A stretch of DNA of 44,644 nt. It comes from a virus. The notes under the pieces were generated by a model. The model searched no databases. It was not told the origin of the DNA and saw nothing but the letters and a program-made list of their open reading frames with translations. A program made the position numbers and the translations under genes. Shown here piece by piece: positions 38,677-44,644 of the stretch (position 1 is its first letter; each line of letters opens with the position of its first letter). The DNA is taken from the IMG/VR virus record IMGVR_UViG_3300045988_101216; one strand, given 5' to 3'.

Positions 38677-40995
38677 CTAATCACTCCTTATCATTCCTTT
38701 TAGTTTATTTACTTCATTTTTTAATTCTTTTATTTCTTCATTCTGCTTTTTTAAAAGCTGTACCATATAAGGTATCATAGCTCTATAATTCCAATCTTCT
38801 GGCTTCCCATCTTTATCATATTGCACAACATCCGGAATAACGTCGTTCAATTCCTCTGCATAAAACCCAGGAATTTCTTTACCGCACATATGATCTGTCT
38901 GACTTAAATATCCATCTTTATACTTAAACCATACGACGTGAATATCTAAAAGTTTCTCAGCGTCCCGATCGGTCATATCTTTTACATGATTTTTATAACG
39001 CTTCGATGAAGATGCTAAATATGCTAAAGTTACACCGTCTGAACCAAACACTATGTGTCCTCCACTGGATACATGATCTAAATTATACAATTCCGGCGCC
39101 TTTCGAAAATGCGATTTATATTCAAACTCTACATCTGAGGTAAAATAAACCCAGTTTGTAAATTCTACTGAATTATTAAAATATACTGAATCTATAAAAG
39201 ATATATAATCTTCTACGATGATCTCCGTCCCTGCTTGCAAGTGTAAATAGTCATATCCTTTAAGCACCACATGCCTATCACCATCATCGTACATTGCAGA
39301 CAAATCAAGTAAGCCCGTTGTAGTGCTTCCATAAAAACCTCTTATGGTACCTTCTTCTACAGTAAGCCCTTTTCTTTTACCGCCATAAAGCTCTTCTGAT
39401 GTAAATAACCCATTAATGTGTACTTCACCCGTTTTTGCATTGACATACAATGTCTGTTCCCCGGAGGGTGTCTGGATAATCAGTGTTCCACCAACACCCC
39501 AGTCAAAGTTAAGGCCAATCGTGCTCATAATTTTTGTGATTAGATCGCCGTCAACCGTTAGCCCGGCATTCCAAGTTTTTCCGCCGTCTGTCGATACCGC
39601 CATAGCCTCAGCGGTCATTTTCCAGACAATCATAGATTCTTCCAGAGTAGGCTTGTCGTGCATATAATAAATGCTGCTGCCGTCTTCTTGTTCTTCCTTT
39701 GTCATATATAAACCCGAGGAATTATTAATACGATCAGCCAAATCTTCCATGGCTTTTTCCCACTCGGCTTTGTTTTTTTTGACTTCCTCTTTAGCTTTTC
39801 GGTACATTTCCGTTGCATTGCTATAATAAATACCCTTATTTCTTTCAGGACTTTTCGTATCATTGGATACTGTACAATCTCCTAAATAATTAAAAGTAAA
39901 AGACGATACAAAAGACCTATAAACGTTATTTTTACGGTCTACCAAATAAACAGGGTCCATAAATTCTATCGTTGGGTTAGGGAAAAAGCTTCCCGAAAAT
40001 GGTCGCACAGATAGTCCAATTAAGATATCACCGATCATTCTTAAAGCTTTTTCTTCATTTCCCTTTATCAACGGATTATCAATCTTCAGACAATAATCAT
40101 CTGTACCATAAAGCAAAGTGGATGTTTCGCTGCTTCCCTCTTCTGTCTCTACCTCTGTCGCAAGTCCGGTTATTGTCACATCATCTGTACCAACATCAGG
40201 GTCTGACGAAAAATCAGTTAGCATAATATAGTCATCAGTGGCATTAAAATCTCCACTGGTTATCAAGAAATCTGTGTCTTGGCCAAAGCTTCCGCCACTA
40301 ATCCTTTTATTCAATTCCTGTTTAAACGTTCCACCGCTTATCAGGTCTGTATTTGTAATCCCTAAAGACTGGTAAGATTTGATATGTAAATTATTATTTT
40401 CATCTACAATAGCGTTACCACCCGCAATCTGGGCTACGTATCCTATTGCCTGCCTACAAGTCAACCCGTCCGGTTTTTGCTGTATCTCAAAATTATCATT
40501 AACAAACGCAGCATCCCCCAAACGAATACCACACTGAGTACATACATCTTTCAAAAATATCAATGCTGTTGCTGGAAAAGACGCTTTGGGTACATAGGTG
40601 ATATCCGCTTTGTACATATCATTGGATGCAGTAAATTCAATGGTATCTCCCGGCGCAATAGAATCTACAACTGTAAAGGTTCCTTCTAAAATTCTCTCTG
40701 TTCTACCATCTTCTAGATCAGCTTCGGTATAAAATGCAATTCGAGCATAGTAAAAATCATAATTAGAAAATCTTTCATCGGAGTTATCAATGCCTATATC
40801 AATAGTTTTGGCAACAGCAACTCCCAATGGAAAACCACTTTCGCTGGATTCTGTGTAATTATTCCCAGAAATGTAAAAATCATCCTTGGAATTTAGTTCT
40901 AGCTGCGTACCATTTGATAAGGTTACTTTTGCATAAGCATAGAAAGGTCCGCCGTCTTTTATTACTTTCTTAAATGCATTACTTACGTTCTTCAT
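38677..40995 (-). CDS. Tail-associated (Tal) minor structural protein with C-terminal S74-type intramolecular chaperone domain
   Basis: ORF track, 772 aa. The C-terminal SSKRYKNHVKDMTDRDAEKLLDIHVVWFKYKD...coiled coil resembles the peptidase S74 auto-cleaving chaperone. Confidence 0.7.
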   Translation of the reverse strand: MKNVSNAFKKVIKDGGPFYAYAKVTLSNGTQLELNSKDDFYISGNNYTESSESGFPLGVAVAKTIDIGIDNSDERFSNYDFYYARIAFYTEADLEDGRTERILEGTFTVVDSIAPGDTIEFTASNDMYKADITYVPKASFPATALIFLKDVCTQCGIRLGDAAFVNDNFEIQQKPDGLTCRQAIGYVAQIAGGNAIVDENNNLHIKSYQSLGITNTDLISGGTFKQELNKRISGGSFGQDTDFLITSGDFNATDDYIMLTDFSSDPDVGTDDVTITGLATEVETEEGSSETSTLLYGTDDYCLKIDNPLIKGNEEKALRMIGDILIGLSVRPFSGSFFPNPTIEFMDPVYLVDRKNNVYRSFVSSFTFNYLGDCTVSNDTKSPERNKGIYYSNATEMYRKAKEEVKKNKAEWEKAMEDLADRINNSSGLYMTKEEQEDGSSIYYMHDKPTLEESMIVWKMTAEAMAVSTDGGKTWNAGLTVDGDLITKIMSTIGLNFDWGVGGTLIIQTPSGEQTLYVNAKTGEVHINGLFTSEELYGGKRKGLTVEEGTIRGFYGSTTTGLLDLSAMYDDGDRHVVLKGYDYLHLQAGTEIIVEDYISFIDSVYFNNSVEFTNWVYFTSDVEFEYKSHFRKAPELYNLDHVSSGGHIVFGSDGVTLAYLASSSKRYKNHVKDMTDRDAEKLLDIHVVWFKYKDGYLSQTDHMCGKEIPGFYAEELNDVIPDVVQYDKDGKPEDWNYRAMIPYMVQLLKKQNEEIKELKNEVNKLKGMIRSD

Positions 40996-40999
40996 TTGC

Positions 41000-41392
41000 T
41001 TATTCCTTTATATCCAATGGATTTACACTTGTTACTTGGAAACTTAACTCATTTGCCATCTCGTGACCATCAACCAAAGAATAGTAAGAAGAAGATATAT
41101 TATTGGCTATAAACGGATTCGTTTCCCATTGTGCCGTATAAGAATTAAAATGGTAAAAATCAAATTGTTGTTTCCCAAGTATTCTCTTTTTAATCTCTGC
41201 TACATCTTTGGCGGAAATATTAGTCCATTTTAAGTTGTACGCCTCCACCGTAAACAGGACACCGCCCTTCATGTCTCCCCTCATGGTTCTGCCTCTGTTC
41301 GACACTGATGTAACAGCTTCAGCCACTTGGTACCCGTCCTCATCGACCATAGGAGCTGTATAATCATTAAATTTTAAATACTGTTGTGCCAT
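41000..41392 (-). CDS. Short distal tail protein (Dit) candidate
   Basis: ORF track 41000..41416. Start moved to the ATG at 41392 (MAQQYLKFNDY) behind GGAGGAAAGTT. Called by position directly after the tape measure. Confidence 0.45.
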   Translation of the reverse strand: MAQQYLKFNDYTAPMVDEDGYQVAEAVTSVSNRGRTMRGDMKGGVLFTVEAYNLKWTNISAKDVAEIKKRILGKQQFDFYHFNSYTAQWETNPFIANNISSSYYSLVDGHEMANELSFQVTSVNPLDIKE

Positions 41393-41402
41393 AACTTTCC
41401 TC

Positions 41403-44402
41403 CTATGCAAGTTCAAAAGGATTTTTACCCGTTTGTTGTCTCATCAACTTTGCTTCATCAATTACCAGTTTTGCTAGTTCACGCCGTCCAACTTTCAAAG
41501 CTACCTCATACTTATTTCCGCCGCCAGCAGCTTCTTCCCGGACAATCCGTCTGATTAAGCTCTCAGGAGCCTCGATATTGTTACCATGTTTCTGATCTCC
41601 AAGTACTGCCATAAACTCTTTGTTCGGCGGGATTACTGCTCCTGATGCAAGATAAGGGATAGTCGGAACTCTTGGGAACGATGCTTCATAGCCAATCGTC
41701 ACATCCCCGAACGGTGTAGGTACGTCCCACGGGCCAAACGTAAAAGCATCTTCGGCGCTTGATATTGCATCATTGATAAGTCCAATAGCGCCATTAGCAA
41801 TATCTATAGCGTTGTTTATAATTGATCGAATGGTATCAGCGATTCCGTTAAATATATCCTCAACAGTATTTTTTGCTGCATTAAATTTATCAACGATTGC
41901 ATCTTTTATTCGTTCTGCTTTGCTTGAAATAAAGCTACCAATACTATTCCATACATTTACGGCCTTTGATCTAATACCATCCCATATCTTTCCTGCCTCT
42001 GATTTAAGACTTTTAAATTTTCCAGTAACAGTTGATACTAGTTTGCTTGCTATTTCTTTTGCCTTTTCATACATCCTGTTAAATACATCGGCAAAATAAG
42101 AACCGAGATTGTACCATATCTGTTGCAAGTCATTCCAAAGTCCCACAAAAGCCTCTTTGAAATTTCCTGAAAAAATGTTTTTGACAAATTCCAGAAGTGC
42201 CGATAGCGTATCAACAACAGACGTAATGGCTGTGATAAGTAATCCTATTGCTTCAATAAAAACAGTTCCGATAATATTAACAATAGGAGCTAAAATTGGC
42301 ATAACATTCTCAGCAATCCAAGCAAATACAGGCATCAATGCCTCCTGCCAGACTACCATTAATATTTCAAAGATTTTCCCAAGTAATGTTAAAACAGATT
42401 CCATTAGGGTCCCAACAGGTCCCTCTAAGAGTTCCGATAATTTCTGAGATAAACCATCAAGAACCGGAACAATATAAGTATTGTATCCTTCTAAAAGCTT
42501 TCCGAGTATATCGGATACTCCACTAGAAATTGAATCTATAAAAGGTTTTATACTTTCATCGTAGACACTATTGACTTTATCCCATACACGCTGCACTAAC
42601 TCTTCAAGTGACTGAGTAACTGTCCTTATTGGTTCAAGCGTCTCTAATAACGAATTTTTGATTGCGTCCTTATTTTCTCTAAAAGGTCTTGTGATTCCGT
42701 CTAAAAGGTCTCTTCCTAATTTGGCACCTATCTCTAATAGACCAAAACTGTTTTCTGCAAAAATTCCAATAATATTTCCTGTTATATCTTGTGCAGCCTG
42801 AGAACTAATTACCTCCGAAAAAACTTCTGCAAAGTCTGCCGCAAATCCTCCAGCTAAATCAGAAATTTCGGCACCTATATCAAACAAAGATACTAAATGA
42901 TTTTTTATTCTTTCTTTGTTTTCTGATAAATAGCTCTCAACCCCTCCTACAACATTACTAGCAATAGCCAAGCCAATACTCGTTAAAGAACCTAATACCT
43001 TACCGACATTGTAAACAAAAGAATCAATAAACCGGCTGGCGGCTGCCTGGACATCTGCATCCGTAAAAATATCTTTTAAAGATGCGCCAATAGAAGATAG
43101 ATCTCGTTTAAGCTCGTTTAAAATTGGTTTATAATCCCCAAGTCCATCCCAAAAGCCTTTTTTTAATAGATCTCCAAGCTCTTTTACTCTTGCAATGATT
43201 TTATCTATCAGACTGCTTGTTTCATCTAATACCGTATTCCCTTTTGCTGCTTCTCCAAAGTCAACACCTGCTCCGACAATTCCACCATTGCCGCTTGCTC
43301 CATTCCCTCCGCTCGGAGTTGTCCCTGTTTCTTGGCTCGCAGTTTCCTTGCTCATCCTATTAATATCGTCAAGTGGTGAGAGATAATCTTCGGCGGCTTC
43401 TGTTGCTTCTTGTGTAGCTTCTGCCTGATCTGCTGTTGCGTTTGCGGAGTCCTCTGTGTTCGATGCCATATTGTTAGATGCATTAGACACGCTATTATAT
43501 TCGTCTTCCAAACCGGATAAGTCATTTGTTGCGGATTGTATGGGCTTTGATTCAGTAGCTTTTTTCCCTGTCAGTAATTCCGTGAAAGATTTAAATGCGT
43601 TCGCTGCTGTTGCGATCTTTTCAAGGAAAACGTTAATTGATTTTATAATTGGGGTAAAAAGATTAATCAATCCCTGTCCGATACTAGCTTTGATAGATTG
43701 AAGCTGAAGCTGCATCACACGCATTTGGTTAGCCCACGAATCGCTAGTCCTAATAAAGTCTCCTGAAGCTGCTGAAAGCTGTTCTTGCACAAACGCAAAT
43801 CTAAGGGCAACTTTTTCTTGTTCCGTCATGGCTTGCGTGGTTTTTCCGTATCCGTTTGCTAACGCATATTGGTCTAGAGCGGACTGAGTCATTACAACAC
43901 CCAAATCTTTTAATGTCTCAGTTTCGCCCGTGAATACAGATTTAAGCTTGTAATACGCTTCTTCTTGGCTCAGGTTATAAAAAGATGCAACATCCCCGGC
44001 TAACCCTGTCAATGCGGTAGACATGGAATAAGCTTCTTGTTCCGTGAATCCAAAGCTTTTTGCCATGGCTCCAAAAGTACCTACATATCGCTTTGCCATC
44101 GTCTCTGACAGTCCAAACGACTTTGCCGCATCCTTAGCAAATGTATCTACTTTGTCGGACATACTGGTAAACGTCACGTCCACAACATTTTGTACTTCTT
44201 GCAAATCAGAACCCAACTCTAGGCATTCTTTCCCAAATTCTACAATCTTTCCAACCGCAAAAGCAGTAGCTATTATGCCGCCTATTTTTTTTACAGTGCC
44301 AGACAGCCCTTGCATTTGTGATTTTATATTTTTTGTTCCGTTTGACACTCCATCTGTATCAATTCGTGTATCAATAATAATAGAGCCATCCGCTTGTGCC
44401 AC
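41403..44402 (-). CDS. Tape measure protein
   Basis: ORF track, 999 aa. GTG start behind AAGAGGTGG. Long helical/hydrophobic repeats. Canonical position. Confidence 0.9.
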   Translation of the reverse strand: MAQADGSIIIDTRIDTDGVSNGTKNIKSQMQGLSGTVKKIGGIIATAFAVGKIVEFGKECLELGSDLQEVQNVVDVTFTSMSDKVDTFAKDAAKSFGLSETMAKRYVGTFGAMAKSFGFTEQEAYSMSTALTGLAGDVASFYNLSQEEAYYKLKSVFTGETETLKDLGVVMTQSALDQYALANGYGKTTQAMTEQEKVALRFAFVQEQLSAASGDFIRTSDSWANQMRVMQLQLQSIKASIGQGLINLFTPIIKSINVFLEKIATAANAFKSFTELLTGKKATESKPIQSATNDLSGLEDEYNSVSNASNNMASNTEDSANATADQAEATQEATEAAEDYLSPLDDINRMSKETASQETGTTPSGGNGASGNGGIVGAGVDFGEAAKGNTVLDETSSLIDKIIARVKELGDLLKKGFWDGLGDYKPILNELKRDLSSIGASLKDIFTDADVQAAASRFIDSFVYNVGKVLGSLTSIGLAIASNVVGGVESYLSENKERIKNHLVSLFDIGAEISDLAGGFAADFAEVFSEVISSQAAQDITGNIIGIFAENSFGLLEIGAKLGRDLLDGITRPFRENKDAIKNSLLETLEPIRTVTQSLEELVQRVWDKVNSVYDESIKPFIDSISSGVSDILGKLLEGYNTYIVPVLDGLSQKLSELLEGPVGTLMESVLTLLGKIFEILMVVWQEALMPVFAWIAENVMPILAPIVNIIGTVFIEAIGLLITAITSVVDTLSALLEFVKNIFSGNFKEAFVGLWNDLQQIWYNLGSYFADVFNRMYEKAKEIASKLVSTVTGKFKSLKSEAGKIWDGIRSKAVNVWNSIGSFISSKAERIKDAIVDKFNAAKNTVEDIFNGIADTIRSIINNAIDIANGAIGLINDAISSAEDAFTFGPWDVPTPFGDVTIGYEASFPRVPTIPYLASGAVIPPNKEFMAVLGDQKHGNNIEAPESLIRRIVREEAAGGGNKYEVALKVGRRELAKLVIDEAKLMRQQTGKNPFELA

Positions 44403-44446
44403 AATTCCACCTCTTTTCCATGGCTCTGCGACTAGCGACTGGCTCT

Positions 44447-44481
44447 AAAATAAAAAACTACTAACCGATATTGGCTAGTAG
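44447..44481 (-). terminator. Minus-strand rho-independent terminator just upstream of the tape-measure gene
   Basis: Minus strand CTACTAGCC-aatatc-GGTTAGTAG (44473-44481 / 44458-44466), followed by TTTTTTATTTT. Confidence 0.55.
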
Positions 44482-44483
44482 TC

Positions 44484-44512
44484 TTGAATATTCGTTTAGA
44501 CTGTGCTATATT
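44484..44512 (+). promoter_or_regulatory. Promoter TTGAAT-17-TATATT driving a short plus-strand RNA
   Basis: -35 at 44484-44489, 17 nt spacer, -10 at 44507-44512. Confidence 0.5.
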
Positions 44513-44518
44513 ATAGAA

Positions 44519-44612
44519 AAGGAATAACCGCCCACAAAGTGGTTGACCTTAAAACATTAGTGACACATAGAATTGCCACCCTGCTACCGGTCAAAGTTTT
44601 GGGGTGGTTTTT
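44519..44612 (+). ncRNA. Candidate ~95-nt antitoxin sRNA, antisense to the 3' region of the 102..200 toxin transcript
   Basis: Starts after the 44484-44512 promoter. Ends at CCACCC...GGGTGG-TTTTT (44576-44612, equal to 51-87 in copy 1). Convergent with the toxin peptide gene. Confidence 0.45.
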
Positions 44613-44644
44613 CTATGCTTAAAACATTATCTGATAAACGTAAA
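44526..44644. repeat. Terminal direct repeat, copy 2 (identical to 1-119)
   Basis: Direct reading, as for copy 1. Confidence 0.95.

Noticed and set aside
1-44644. Genome-wide stop-codon reassignment (TAG or TGA) suggested by the in-frame TAG at 26163 and the odd tRNA-like element
   Set aside because: Long intact ORFs cover the genome under the standard code, and several well-supported genes end at TAG (for example 20883..21125 and 16846..17241). Neither tRNA-like sequence carries a CUA, UCA or UUA anticodon.
1-44644. CRISPR arrays or rRNA genes
   Set aside because: No regularly spaced direct repeats of 25-40 nt and no rRNA-like sequence were seen anywhere in the window.

Overview
The window is one complete temperate siphovirus-type phage genome. 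Bases 1-119 are identical to 44526-44644, so the contig closes on itself with a unit length of 44525 bp. AGGAGG-type ribosome-binding sites (RBS) and TTGACA/TATAAT-type promoters point to a Firmicutes host, probably Clostridia (inference).

Most genes are on the minus strand:
- Late operon: DUF4417 protein, a fused small/large terminase, portal, holin, and an SPP1 gp7/Mu F-type minor head protein.
- A roughly 6 kb accessory island, then a tRNA, scaffold, major capsid, head-tail genes, major tail protein and chaperones.
- Across the circular junction: tape measure, distal tail protein (Dit), tail-associated protein (Tal), a duplicated tail fibre and a multi-domain endolysin.
- Early/replication block at 19.5-28.3 kb: excisionase/Cro-like protein, small membrane proteins, AAA_24 ATPase, DUF669 SSB-like protein, ERCC4 nuclease, CHC2 zinc finger, DUF927-type helicase, MazG-like protein and DUF551 protein.

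Plus-strand genes:
- Lysogeny module at 28.9-31.8 kb: S24 repressor, zinc-ribbon/TM2 protein, holin-like toxin and tyrosine integrase.
- A separate four-gene operon at 18.0-19.5 kb.

Most notable observations:
1. The minor head protein gene is split inside its conserved domain by an HNH-AP2 endonuclease plus ribbon-helix-helix (RHH) cassette. Its C-terminal piece also carries a frameshift.
2. A five-gene cassette (6.4-8.8 kb) of Gly/Tyr/Gln/Cys-rich, spore-coat/exosporium-like proteins sits inside the head module. It includes a BclA-C/C1q-like protein.
3. Two type I toxin-like loci have convergent small-RNA promoters. One of them lies between the tail chaperone and tape-measure genes.
4. A strongly acidic small protein plus HTH operon has a palindrome inside a consensus promoter, the layout of an anti-defence (acr-aca-like) locus.
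5. A structured ~380 nt noncoding element with a terminator/antiterminator-like 3' end lies in the immunity region.
6. Also present: a tRNA with anticodon UAU, a degenerate tRNA-like element, an in-frame TAG in an RHH gene, and an iteron-flanked AT-rich region.

All functional calls rest on motifs I recognised by eye. No database search was run.
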